The notes under the pieces are model-generated. The model was not told the origin of the DNA, searched no databases, and saw only the letters and a list, made by a program, of their open reading frames with translations. Shown piece after piece: positions 19,344 to 28,972 of a DNA stretch of 64,000 nucleotides. The stretch spans positions 586,351 through 650,350 of the forward strand of contig OZ219750.1 in the NCBI GenBank assembly GCA_964291315.2, written 5' to 3'. Made by a program: the position numbers and the translations under genes. The DNA comes from Candidatus Poribacteria bacterium (GTDB lineage: Bacteria; Poribacteria; WGA-4E; WGA-3G). Within the stretch, counting starts at the first letter, position 1; the number at the start of each line of letters is the position of its first letter.

Positions 19344-20645
19344 ATGCATTTCACCGAAGCTTTCTTCATGAGCTGCACCGCAATCCTGGCAAATAAGATG
19401 CGTTCATTGCTGACGACGCTTGGCATTCTCATCGGGGTTGCCTCGGTGCTGGCAATGATAGCGATCGGTGATGGTGCGAAGGAAATTGTGCGACAAGACG
19501 CACAGAAATTGGGCGGTGCTAATCAGTTTATAATGTTCCGTTCGGGATATGAATGGAAAGGGAATAAATGGGTGAAAGTCCGTCATAACGAATACCTCGA
19601 ATATGGCGATGTCTTGGCGATTGCAGCGGAATGTCCATCGGTGAGTGCTGTCACCCCGAGAATTTGGGACTCGGGCGGTGTGCTAATTCAAGCCGCAGGT
19701 GGCACTGAAACCCGCGCAGGATATAATGGCGTAGATGCTACCTATCAAACTGTCATGGATTGGGATCTCCAAGAAGGACGTTTTATCACCGCTGAAGATG
19801 TGGAGAACGCAACGAAAGTCTGTGTCCTCGGGGATGAAGTCTCGACGGCTCTCTTTGGAGAGAACTCCGCTTTGGGACAGGAAATCAAAATCGTAAGAGA
19901 TGTCGGCCACTACGATCGATATGGTCGAAAAGCGGGGCGGCGTGCCGCAGAACGTTTCACGGTTGTCGGGACCTTTGTGCCGAGAGGCAGGACTCTTCGG
20001 TTCGGATCGAGTTTCGACACGCTTGTCTTCCTCCCGATATCTACCGTGCAAAAACGCTTCACAGGTAATGATCGGATTCAGCGCGTCTTAGTCTTCGTGC
20101 ATAGGGTTGAGGATATGCCAAAGGCGATTGAGGAAGTAAAAGCGGTTATCCGCAAACGACACAGAAACCAAGATAGCTTCGTCCATATCTTTGAGATGCG
20201 AAAAGGTATAGCACAGCTAGAAAAAATAAGCAAAGTGATCAAGATTGCCCTCGGCAGCATCGCCGGTTTTTCGCTGCTTGTGGGTGGTATTGGTATTATG
20301 AATATGATGTTAGTTGCTGTAAACGAACGCACGCGCGAAATCGGGCTTCGGAAGGCAGTTGGTGCCAAACGCCGGGACATTCTGCTGCAGTTTCTCATAG
20401 AAGCAATGATGATGTGTGGTGTAGGAGGCGTGCTGGGTATTGGGTTCGGGATTTTCGCAGGTGAAGGCATGGCACACCTTGCTGTCAACATCGTCAAAAT
20501 CGTCCTCGAATGGCCGGCGGTTCTCTCGACAGAATGGATATTGATTTCGGTCACCTTTTCTGCGGTCATCGGTATCTCGTTTGGGCTGTATCCTGCGATA
20601 AAAGCCGCATCGCTCTCCCCAATGGAGGCACTACGTGCGGATTAA
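19344..20645 (+). CDS. MacB/FtsX-family ABC permease
   Basis: RSLLTTLGILIGVASV; VGGIGIMNMML..V.ERTREIGLRKAVGA; FGLYPA.KAA.L.P.EALR. Confidence 0.92.
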   Translation: MHFTEAFFMSCTAILANKMRSLLTTLGILIGVASVLAMIAIGDGAKEIVRQDAQKLGGANQFIMFRSGYEWKGNKWVKVRHNEYLEYGDVLAIAAECPSVSAVTPRIWDSGGVLIQAAGGTETRAGYNGVDATYQTVMDWDLQEGRFITAEDVENATKVCVLGDEVSTALFGENSALGQEIKIVRDVGHYDRYGRKAGRRAAERFTVVGTFVPRGRTLRFGSSFDTLVFLPISTVQKRFTGNDRIQRVLVFVHRVEDMPKAIEEVKAVIRKRHRNQDSFVHIFEMRKGIAQLEKISKVIKIALGSIAGFSLLVGGIGIMNMMLVAVNERTREIGLRKAVGAKRRDILLQFLIEAMMMCGVGGVLGIGFGIFAGEGMAHLAVNIVKIVLEWPAVLSTEWILISVTFSAVIGISFGLYPAIKAASLSPMEALRAD

Positions 20646-21041
20646 AACAAGGCACTTGATCCTCACGACACCTTCAAAACACACCGCCAGAAAGATCAGC
20701 GGATTCTGCCAAACCTCGCTGATTAGACATCAATGAATCAACACCAATATTCGTTCTGTCTGCTCTGTGTTTATTTTGGGCAAAATGGGAATATGAGCGA
20801 GGCACCCTAAAAAAATCCGAAAATGCGCTTCGAGGCCAGATATTGCCAAGTTACCCTTTTTATATAAAAATAAACAGAAAAACGGATACGGATTGCTTTA
20901 AAATTCAGAACCGTTCAATTGTCGAGGTGTCCTTTACGTGTGGGTATGTCGCTCCACGGTTTCATCAGAGATAGCGTGCCTTTTCACGCCACCTCTGATA
21001 GGATATACCTCATTATACAAACGCATATTCTGAGGTGCTCC

Positions 21042-21160
21042 ATGAAAAAGAAAACGGGCCACTTCCTTGGCATATTAGCAGAGTCCCCAGATTTTCGAGA
21101 TGTCCGCGGCAAACGCTATCCGTTCCCCGCTATTTTCGCCTTCGTCATTATTGTACCAAA
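21042..21160 (+). mobile_element. ISAs1-family transposase N-terminal remnant
   Basis: LAESPDFRDVRGKRYPFPAIFAFVII resembles the DDE_Tnp_1-associated PDPR..RGKRH.L..IL motif; RBS GAGGTG; truncated. Confidence 0.65.
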
Positions 21161-21375
21161 AAAGCTCCGTGTGAGCTCTGTGAGTTCGGCCGTTAAAATT
21201 CAATTCTGATACTAAATGATTTTCGGAAAAGTATTGCCGTCGTGTCAGGATTGTGATAGAATAATGATATTCTGCAACATGGGCTTTCAAGTTGTTTCCT
21301 TAAGTTTAAAATCAAATTCTTTCTGCCTGACCTCGTACTGATATTCTACAGTTACACAATTGAGGTTATAGCATT

Positions 21376-22143
21376 ATGAGCAATTCTCATTTACGTTATC
21401 TACACGTTGCGCAAGAGGTTCTGAGACAGATTGAGGCTACACAAGCTGAAGCAATTACACAAGTGTCGGAGATGTGTGCCGAGACAATAGCAGCAGCAGG
21501 TCTCGTCTATTTGTTCGGTTCCGGACATTCCCGTATGGCTGTTGAAGAAATTTTCCCACGCTATGGAAGTTTCCCTGGTTTTTTCCCTATCGTCGAGTTA
21601 GCTGTCACATTTCACAATCAAGTTGTCGGCTGCAACGGCCAACGTCAGGCGCTCTTTTTAGAAAATGTTTCAGGATATGCAGAAGTAATTCTACGCAACT
21701 TTACCTTCGGTCCGCACGACTTTATAATAGTGTTTTCTAATTCTGGGGCGAATATCCTCCCTATTGAAATGGCAATGGGTGCTAAGGCGCGGGATCTTCC
21801 GGTCGTTGCAATAAGTTCAGTTGCACACAGTCGTTCGTCTACCTCAAAACACCCTTCTGGCAGACGTCTGTTTGAGGTTGCTGATCTAACGATTGATAAC
21901 TGTAATCCGCCTGGGGATGCTGTAGTAGAAATACCAAATTTAACCTATCCGGTAGGTCCCACCTCCAGCATCGGGACCCTGTCTATAGTGAATGCCATTA
22001 AGTGCCAAGTTGCGGAGTTGCTAACAGCGCGCGGGAAACCGCCTGTTGTACTGACGGGGGCTCATTTCCTCGGCCCTGAAGAATCAGCGAAGCAAATTGA
22101 ACGCGCTTATGATGATTACAAGGCTCGTGTCCGTCGAAGTTAA
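21376..22143 (+). CDS. SIS-domain sugar isomerase-like protein (UPF0309-like)
   Basis: FGSGHS...EE.FPRYG; FSNSGAN; IDNCNPPGDA; GPTSS. Confidence 0.85.
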   Translation: MSNSHLRYLHVAQEVLRQIEATQAEAITQVSEMCAETIAAAGLVYLFGSGHSRMAVEEIFPRYGSFPGFFPIVELAVTFHNQVVGCNGQRQALFLENVSGYAEVILRNFTFGPHDFIIVFSNSGANILPIEMAMGAKARDLPVVAISSVAHSRSSTSKHPSGRRLFEVADLTIDNCNPPGDAVVEIPNLTYPVGPTSSIGTLSIVNAIKCQVAELLTARGKPPVVLTGAHFLGPEESAKQIERAYDDYKARVRRS

Positions 22144-22161
22144 CGCCACACAATTTTCCGG

Positions 22162-22190
22162 TTGACTTCTCGCGTGCAAACTTATATACT
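22162..22190 (+). promoter_or_regulatory. sigma70-type promoter of the nadD operon
   Basis: TTGACT-N17-TATACT. Confidence 0.65.
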
Positions 22191-22251
22191 TTAAACATAA
22201 CGAAGAGAGGCTGCGTTTACTGAATTGAGCTAGGATCCGCAGGACATTCTG

Positions 22252-22857
22252 ATGTTGAACACTATTGAAAGGATTGCAGTCATGGGTGGAACATTCAATC
22301 CGATCCATTATGCACATCTACTAAGTGCAGAACAGGTTCGAACTGGGCTGGGCTATGATAAAATCCTGTTTATTCCTTCTGCTAGGCCGCCTCATAAAGT
22401 TTCCAATGTTAGTATTATCGCTCCCGAACACCGGTACCAAATGGTACGCTTGGCAATTGCAGGAAACCTGAATTTTGAAGTGTCACGTATTGAATTAGAT
22501 CGGGCGGGGCCTTCATACACCATTGATACCTTAAAAACCCTGGAGCAGCAGTACGGAAGTACCCATAGACTCGGGTGGATTATCGGCGCGGATTCGCTTA
22601 TTGAGTATAAAATCTGGAAAAACTTTGATGAAGTCTTATCGCGATGCGTTATGATTGCGACAACGCGTCCGAATTACGATTTAAATCGAGTGCCGCTAGA
22701 GGTGCGCAATCGGGTTACAACATTTCCAGTAACGGGTGTTGATATATCTGCTACAGTAATTCGAAACCGGGTTAGCAAGCGGTTGTCAATTCGGTATCTT
22801 GTACCAGAGGAAGTTCGATCCTACATCTATCACCATGAGTTGTATCAAAGGACGTGA
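22252..22857 (+). CDS. nadD: Nicotinate-nucleotide adenylyltransferase
   Basis: GGTFNPIHYAH, PPHK, SYTIDTL, IGADS, ISATVIR. Confidence 0.95.
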   Translation: MLNTIERIAVMGGTFNPIHYAHLLSAEQVRTGLGYDKILFIPSARPPHKVSNVSIIAPEHRYQMVRLAIAGNLNFEVSRIELDRAGPSYTIDTLKTLEQQYGSTHRLGWIIGADSLIEYKIWKNFDEVLSRCVMIATTRPNYDLNRVPLEVRNRVTTFPVTGVDISATVIRNRVSKRLSIRYLVPEEVRSYIYHHELYQRT

Positions 22858-22861
22858 AGAT

Positions 22862-23095
22862 ATGCAGCATAATTGCAGTATGTGTGGAACAGTTTACGAT
22901 TTGGCGTGGAAAGAAGGCACCCCTTTACCGAAAAATTTTCCATTCTGTAGTGCTAGGTGTAAAGCAGTGGATTTGGCAAAATGGTTGAATGAGGAATACA
23001 CTATCAGTACCTCGTTGCCGGGCACGGTATCATCAAACACCGATCAGGAGCTCCTTATCGAATTAGCAATTGACCTCGACGATGATGCGGGTTAA
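22862..23095 (+). CDS. yacG: DNA gyrase inhibitor YacG (zinc finger)
   Basis: CSMC...FPFCSARCKAVDLAKWLNEEY. Confidence 0.85.
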   Translation: MQHNCSMCGTVYDLAWKEGTPLPKNFPFCSARCKAVDLAKWLNEEYTISTSLPGTVSSNTDQELLIELAIDLDDDAG

Positions 23096-23105
23096 GCGGT
23101 AGAGG

Positions 23106-23768
23106 TTGACGGATATGAACTTACAAGAAATATCTGATAACGTTCTAAATCCACAAAGCAGTAGAACCAGGTCTATATTAGAAGCACTTCGGACACACGC
23201 GAAATCGGTTGAGATTTGCTCCTATCTTTCAGCTAAATTAAGTACGGAACGCCTTCAGCATGTTTTTTCTGTACAAGAAATGGCAATTGGCTTGGCACGC
23301 GCGCACAAAGCAGATATATGGCACGTTAACCTTGCTGCACTTTTGCACGACAGCGCGAAGTGGATGAATTCCCAGCAGTTATATACAGAAATAGAACGGT
23401 ACAAAATTTGTCTTGATCCGGTTGAGAAATTAAACCCTTCACTTTTACATCCACTTGTCGGGGCAGAACTAGCGCTAGAGAGGTTTAAGGTAACTGAGTT
23501 TGAAATACTTGAAGCGATTCGCAACCATACGACTGGAAACCCGTCGATGGGAATTATTTCTCAAGTGCTATATGTCGCGGACTTTGCGGAGCCGAGGCGT
23601 ACGCATAGTGGAGTTCATATCGTCAGAAAGTTTGCATACACAGAGTTGAAACGTGCAGTGTATCATGTTGCGCGCGCGAAGATTGAGGATCTGCTACAAA
23701 AAGGGGTGATGATTCATCCGAACACCCTTCATACATACAACAAAATGTTTACTAATCTTAGTAATTAA
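23106..23768 (+). CDS. yqeK: HD-domain Ap4A hydrolase YqeK
   Basis: R..H..SV, LLHDSAK, LLH, HTTG, ADFAEP.R; nadD/rsfS context. Confidence 0.9.
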   Translation: MTDMNLQEISDNVLNPQSSRTRSILEALRTHAKSVEICSYLSAKLSTERLQHVFSVQEMAIGLARAHKADIWHVNLAALLHDSAKWMNSQQLYTEIERYKICLDPVEKLNPSLLHPLVGAELALERFKVTEFEILEAIRNHTTGNPSMGIISQVLYVADFAEPRRTHSGVHIVRKFAYTELKRAVYHVARAKIEDLLQKGVMIHPNTLHTYNKMFTNLSN

Positions 23769-23826
23769 TTTCAGAGCCGGTGCCTGTGCACATCCAGCAG
23801 TAACGGAGAGCAGTAAGGAAAATCAA

Positions 23827-24273
23827 ATGGCAGAACATAACACGTTAGAGATAGTAAAAACTGCGGCTTCTGCCGCGATGAGTCGGCGCGCACAAGATGG
23901 TGTTATTCTCGATCTGCGAGAACTTGAGTGTTTCACAGACTTTTTTGCGATCTTCAGTGGTGTTTCCGATATCCAAGTGGAAGGTATTTCTCAATCTGTC
24001 CTTGAGGAACTTGAGACGAATTGGGGCCAACGGCCTTGGCATCAGGAGGGCGAGCGTAAAGCGGATTGGATTTTATTGGACTACGTCGATTTTGTTGTTC
24101 ATGTCTTTCTTGCCGAGAGGCGCGCCTATTATAACCTTGAACGCTTGTGGTCGGAAGCTAAACGAATTGAAATACCGGAATTAACAATGCCTATGCCTCT
24201 AGAGTATCAGTTAGACGACGATTCGGAAAACGCTGTGGATCCGGATGGGGCCTTGGTTTTTGGGAAGAGCTAG
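23827..24273 (+). CDS. rsfS: Ribosome silencing factor RsfS
   Basis: WILLDYVDFVVHVF....R.YYNLERLW. Confidence 0.93.
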   Translation: MAEHNTLEIVKTAASAAMSRRAQDGVILDLRELECFTDFFAIFSGVSDIQVEGISQSVLEELETNWGQRPWHQEGERKADWILLDYVDFVVHVFLAERRAYYNLERLWSEAKRIEIPELTMPMPLEYQLDDDSENAVDPDGALVFGKS

Positions 24274-24341
24274 GAAGAAACATCTCAGGGGTAGATTGCT
24301 TCCTAAAGAGGTAGAGACCTGCGGAAATCAACAGGCAGAGG

Positions 24342-25076
24342 CTAATCGCAGCTTACAAGGAGCACCGTGACGTTATCTGTGCCGCCGTAGTTGAGTGCTT
24401 TGTTGACAAGATTATCGCACGCTTCTTCAAGGGTGGCAGCAGACATAATAATGCCAGCGATTTCCTGGTCGTCTACAATTAGGTCGTGTAAGCCATCGGT
24501 ACAGGCGACGACAATGTCCCCACGGACAAGTGGGTGGGTGTCAGCATTGGTGGTGACTGTTCGTCTCAGTCCGATTGCTTGTGTGATAATGTTCCGTTTC
24601 TCATGGACACGGGCTTCTTCAGACGTTATTTCGCCTTTTTCGACCATTTTTTGGACCAGAGAATCGTCTGTTGTTATTTGTGTGAGTTTGCCGTCGCGCA
24701 GAACGTAGAGTCGACTATCCCCGACATGGACATAAGCAAGGTAACTGAACGTAACAAAGCCAGCAATCAGAGTTGTTCCTATGCTGCAGGCTTTGCTACT
24801 CTTTTTGGAGGCAGTGTAGATGTGTTGATTCGCTTTTTCAGCGAGGGAGCTCAAAACGCCGAGCTTCTTCATGGGGCCCAAATCGCTATGTAGAGATGTT
24901 TCTGCTTGGGCCCACTGCTGAATAATATCAAGCGCGAGTTTACTTGCTAGGCCCCCTCGTTCGTGACCGCTCATACCGTCGGCGATAGCAAACAACTGAA
25001 GCTGTGTATCGAAATAGTATCGGTCTTCGTTTGTATCACGAAGTTTACCTATGTCCGTTTTTGCTGCAAATTGCAT
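24342..25076 (-). CDS. PP2C-family Ser/Thr protein phosphatase (Stp1/PrpC-like)
   Basis: GKLRDTNED, IADGMSGH, HVGDSRLY, CTDGL, GGTDNVT. Confidence 0.92.
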   Translation of the reverse strand: MQFAAKTDIGKLRDTNEDRYYFDTQLQLFAIADGMSGHERGGLASKLALDIIQQWAQAETSLHSDLGPMKKLGVLSSLAEKANQHIYTASKKSSKACSIGTTLIAGFVTFSYLAYVHVGDSRLYVLRDGKLTQITTDDSLVQKMVEKGEITSEEARVHEKRNIITQAIGLRRTVTTNADTHPLVRGDIVVACTDGLHDLIVDDQEIAGIIMSAATLEEACDNLVNKALNYGGTDNVTVLLVSCD

Positions 25077-25364
25077 TTTTCAGCGTCCGTCGCATCAAAT
25101 GTGATTGATAAAGTAAAAGGTTAGCACATGCTGCATCTCTAAGGAAGGTACATACTCATTCAGAGAAACCGTTTATTTTCTCATAGTTGGTAGAAAAAAC
25201 GATAGAGTATGAATTTAGTTTCAAAATTCTAGCGGGACCTATTATTTTGTTAATTGAACGTTTTGTGATATTTATTTTTTCTGTTTTGAGAGGACAAAGT
25301 GTTACTTTTCTGTGAAGGTCTCTTTGCTTGTGTTATCCTATAAGTCCATCAGACAAAGGGGGAC

Positions 25365-25716
25365 ATGAAAATGGAACTACGGTCTATTGTAAAAGAACCT
25401 ACTGTGCAACTGAAAAACCTCCTACTTACTCTTGTAGTAGTTGCAGCTGTGATTTCACAGCCTGAAAGCTTTCCTTCCAAATGCGGAAACGGCCCCTCTA
25501 TTACCAGCGATCTCTTAGCGATTGGGTGGCTCGTTCGTCGACATTGCCGAAAATCGAAAGGTTGTTTTGGGCGAGTTCTAGGATGATGGACAGTTTTTTT
25601 GGATATCCGGTGTGATCTGCACCGTTGCTGGTCGGCTGGTGGCGACTGTTACTGGTGATTCAGCTCACGAAGACTCCCCGCAGATATATCTGATGGATGT
25701 GTCTGCACTGAAGTGA
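25365..25716 (+). pseudogene. Possible decayed secreted beta-propeller (PD40/TolB-like) gene
   Basis: RBS plus a signal-peptide-like ORF (25365-25586), followed by out-of-frame fragments GYPV*S and GRLVA...PQIYLMD. Confidence 0.3.
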
Positions 25717-25744
25717 GTTTACTTAATATCGGAAGAGGACTCTG

Positions 25745-26803
25745 ATGCTGCGAGATGATTGTTCTTATGACAAAAGTGGAAGGCTGCCAAGTATTGTCAA
25801 ATGTGCGTTTGCTGATATTAATGACAAACGTGACGCTACTGTTTTGACAACGGAACCATCATGGGCAGTTGTTGCTGGCATTGCCATAAACCCGAAACAA
25901 CTTATTTATATTGATGGGAATACGCAAACATACGTAACCGCGCTTGCCAAAGCGTGTGAAGGAGAAGTGGTTTACGGAATCGGCGGAGGTTTAGCAATTG
26001 ACCTTGCTAAGTATGTTGCAGCGGCAAATGGGCTCCCTTTAGTTGCTCTTCCGACAATTTTGTCAACGGATGCTTTTCTCACTGATGCGACAGGTGTTAG
26101 GGAAAACGGGTGTGTCCGCTATCTCACTTCAAAAGTACCCGACACCGTTATTGTAGATGTCGATCTTTTGTGCAATGCTCCGGCCTCAATGCGTGCTAGC
26201 GGTGCTGCGGATGTTCTCTCAATTGCAACAGCAATGTGGGATTGGCAAGAAGCCGAGAAAATGGGTAAAAACCCGCCTTGTCAGCAGGTTACACCGCAAG
26301 CAATTGATATGGGTGCTACCCTACTTCAGACTCTGCTTGATAACGTCCGCGAGATCGGGCGTGGAACGCCGATAGGTCTGGAGCTTCTACTAGATCTCCT
26401 TTGTATGGAAGTTCAACTCTGTTATCTGTGTGGACATAGCCGCGTAGAAGAAGGGAGCGAACACCATTTTGTCTATGCAATTGAAAAATATCTAACGTCT
26501 GTTAAGGGGAAACACGACAGTTCCGATAAAAATGGAGGTCCTATTTTACACGGCGAACTAGTGGGGCTCGGCGTTTTGCTGATGGCTGCATTGCAATCTC
26601 AACCCTGGACACAGTATCGTCATGCGTTGGAGTGTTTACAGATTAACTACCGGTGCCCGCTCCTTTCTACTGATGCAATTGCTGAGACGCTTGTTGGCCT
26701 ATCCGATTATGTTGCTGAACATAAACTACCTTACACTGTCGCGACAGCGTTGCGAATTACTCCGGATATCGCCGAACGGACCATACAAACAGTATTGAGT
26801 TAA
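25745..26803 (+). CDS. sn-glycerol-1-phosphate dehydrogenase (EgsA/AraM)-like NAD-dependent dehydrogenase
   Basis: GIGGGLAIDLAKY, PTILSTDA, SGAADVLS..TA..DW, GSEHH, LHGELVG. Confidence 0.75.
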   Translation: MLRDDCSYDKSGRLPSIVKCAFADINDKRDATVLTTEPSWAVVAGIAINPKQLIYIDGNTQTYVTALAKACEGEVVYGIGGGLAIDLAKYVAAANGLPLVALPTILSTDAFLTDATGVRENGCVRYLTSKVPDTVIVDVDLLCNAPASMRASGAADVLSIATAMWDWQEAEKMGKNPPCQQVTPQAIDMGATLLQTLLDNVREIGRGTPIGLELLLDLLCMEVQLCYLCGHSRVEEGSEHHFVYAIEKYLTSVKGKHDSSDKNGGPILHGELVGLGVLLMAALQSQPWTQYRHALECLQINYRCPLLSTDAIAETLVGLSDYVAEHKLPYTVATALRITPDIAERTIQTVLS

Positions 26804-26814
26804 GACTGAAAACT

Positions 26815-27888
26815 ATGGAACAGAAAAACCGCCAGACACGATCAGATCTCCCGATCTCGGTACCGCATGACCAATCCGTCGTAATTGATTCACATAATGA
26901 TGCTATTGTAGCACATATCCGCCGGGGTAATGTCAGTCTTGCTGATGAAGACTGCCAGAATCCGACAGTTCCTGTCGGAACCGTTGCGTATCTGCGTGGG
27001 CCGGTGCCACCCGAAGAGGAAGCAATTGGGATCCAGGTCAATATCCCGAAAATGCGGAAGGGCGGTATTGATGCTGCCTTTTTTGCTGTTGATGTGACAC
27101 GCGCATGGAAGAACCATCTTGCGTATGCTATGGATGCTTTCGGGTGGTTTGATACAGAAATAGCAGCCAACTACTCGGATATCTGTGTGGCGCGCCAAGC
27201 GAAAGATATTCGAGCGGCAAAAGCTGCTGGCAAAATCGCGGCAGTTCTTGCTATTGAAAACAGCGAAGCCGTTGAACGAAGTCTGAATATCCTCCGCGCC
27301 CTTTACTTGTTGGGGGTTCGCTCAATCGGATTAACCCATAATCCAAATACGTGGGCATCAACAGGAAATGAGGAGGAAGATTCCGGCGGTGGCTTGACAA
27401 AATTCGGTGTGGCGTTAGTCAAAGAGATGAACTGTTTAGGGATGCTTGTCGATGTTTCCCATATTAGTGAGCGTGGTTTTTGGGATGTTTTGGAAATCTC
27501 AGAACGGCCCGTCATCGCTTCTCATAGCAATTGCCGGACCTTATGCCATCACCCACGAAACTTGAGCAATGAGCAGTTGAAAGCTCTGGCAGCTAATGGT
27601 GGTGTTGTTGGTATTACCTTTGTACCTGGATTTATTAGCGTGGACGGTTGGACAAAAATGCCGCCGTTGGCCCAACTCCTCAATCATTTTGCCTATGCAA
27701 TCGACATTGCAGGGATAGACCATGTCGGAATCGGTTCAGATTTTGATGGTGGAGGCGACTTACTCAAAGATGCGGGCGAGTTCGTCAAAATTGCGCAGGA
27801 ATTAAGTGATCGCGGTTATTCCGATGAGGATATCCGAAAAGTGCTTGGCGAAAATCATCTGCGCGTCTTTGAGGCGACGTGTGGATAG
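26815..27888 (+). CDS. Membrane dipeptidase (peptidase M19)
   Basis: DSHND, IENSE, LVDVSH, ASHSN, GIGSDFDG. Confidence 0.92.
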   Translation: MEQKNRQTRSDLPISVPHDQSVVIDSHNDAIVAHIRRGNVSLADEDCQNPTVPVGTVAYLRGPVPPEEEAIGIQVNIPKMRKGGIDAAFFAVDVTRAWKNHLAYAMDAFGWFDTEIAANYSDICVARQAKDIRAAKAAGKIAAVLAIENSEAVERSLNILRALYLLGVRSIGLTHNPNTWASTGNEEEDSGGGLTKFGVALVKEMNCLGMLVDVSHISERGFWDVLEISERPVIASHSNCRTLCHHPRNLSNEQLKALAANGGVVGITFVPGFISVDGWTKMPPLAQLLNHFAYAIDIAGIDHVGIGSDFDGGGDLLKDAGEFVKIAQELSDRGYSDEDIRKVLGENHLRVFEATCG

Positions 27889-27907
27889 CGGATTTCATAG
27901 AAGACTG

Positions 27908-28915
27908 CTATGGTTTTGCCCTAAGAACACGCGTGATAGAACGCCAGACTTCGTCTACCTCGATGCCTTTCATACAGATATTATCTTTACATTTATTTGT
28001 AAATTGCTTGCACGGGCTGCAGGATACATCGTGGCGGATGGTTTGGTGTAAGGTTCCAAGCGGCTGAAACCGGATATGGTTGCCGGGGCCGAATAGGGAA
28101 ACGATCGGGGTCCCGACTCCGGCTGCAATGTGCATCGGCCCGGTATCGTTAGTAACAAAGAGGTCACACTGTTCAATGCAGGCAGCTAATTGTCGCATCT
28201 GAAGATTACCGGCAAATCGGACAGCGCGAGTGTTCATCAGGTTCGCAACTCTCCGTACAAGTTCGGCTTCCTTTTGTCCGCCAAAAATGAGAACATCGGC
28301 GTCGAAATGTTCTACCAGTCTGTCTCCAATAGCAGCAAAGCGTTCGGGCATCCATTCACGTAACTTCCACCCAGCGCCCGGAAAGAGTCCTACTTTTAAC
28401 CTGCCATCAGCAATACCAGCTGTATTGAAGATCTTCATAGCGGCTCTCCGCTCCGAGTTATCGAGAAATAGTTCCAATTCCCGGTCTTCCGTTGGAATGT
28501 TTGCCGCTCGTAATAGGTCGAAGTAGTGTTCTGTTGTGTGTTTGTTGCCTTGTTCAGAGACACGAACAGTGCAAAGCCAACTCTTCCCAATCCGATCGAC
28601 AGCGCCACTGAGGTACATTAGCATCTCAGTGCGGAACTTCCGCTGCAGATCAATAGCTAGTGTGAATTTGCGTTTGCGTAAAATGCGGGCGGTCCGCCAC
28701 ATCTCCGCAGTATTTTTGCTTTTGGAAAGTCTATCAAACGTGATTATTTCGTCGAGATGTGGGTTTCCACGGAGGATGTCAGCAGATTGTTTCCCTACGA
28801 GCATAGCAATGTATGCCTTGGGGAAATTGGAGCGCACAGCTCGGATAGCCGGGGTCGTGAGTACAATATCGCCAAGAGAGCTGAGCCGAATGATCAATAT
28901 TTTTGGAGAAACCAT
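27908..28915 (-). CDS. Glycosyltransferase family 9 (LPS heptosyltransferase-like)
   Basis: ILIIRLSSLGDIVL.TP; NDTGPMHIAA; SLFGP; CSPC...C...C tail. Confidence 0.9.
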   Translation of the reverse strand: MVSPKILIIRLSSLGDIVLTTPAIRAVRSNFPKAYIAMLVGKQSADILRGNPHLDEIITFDRLSKSKNTAEMWRTARILRKRKFTLAIDLQRKFRTEMLMYLSGAVDRIGKSWLCTVRVSEQGNKHTTEHYFDLLRAANIPTEDRELELFLDNSERRAAMKIFNTAGIADGRLKVGLFPGAGWKLREWMPERFAAIGDRLVEHFDADVLIFGGQKEAELVRRVANLMNTRAVRFAGNLQMRQLAACIEQCDLFVTNDTGPMHIAAGVGTPIVSLFGPGNHIRFQPLGTLHQTIRHDVSCSPCKQFTNKCKDNICMKGIEVDEVWRSITRVLRAKP

Positions 28916-28972
28916 CTGTCCGAGTCCATGCTATCATATGTTATCTATCAGTTTCTTATGTGCGAAACAAAT

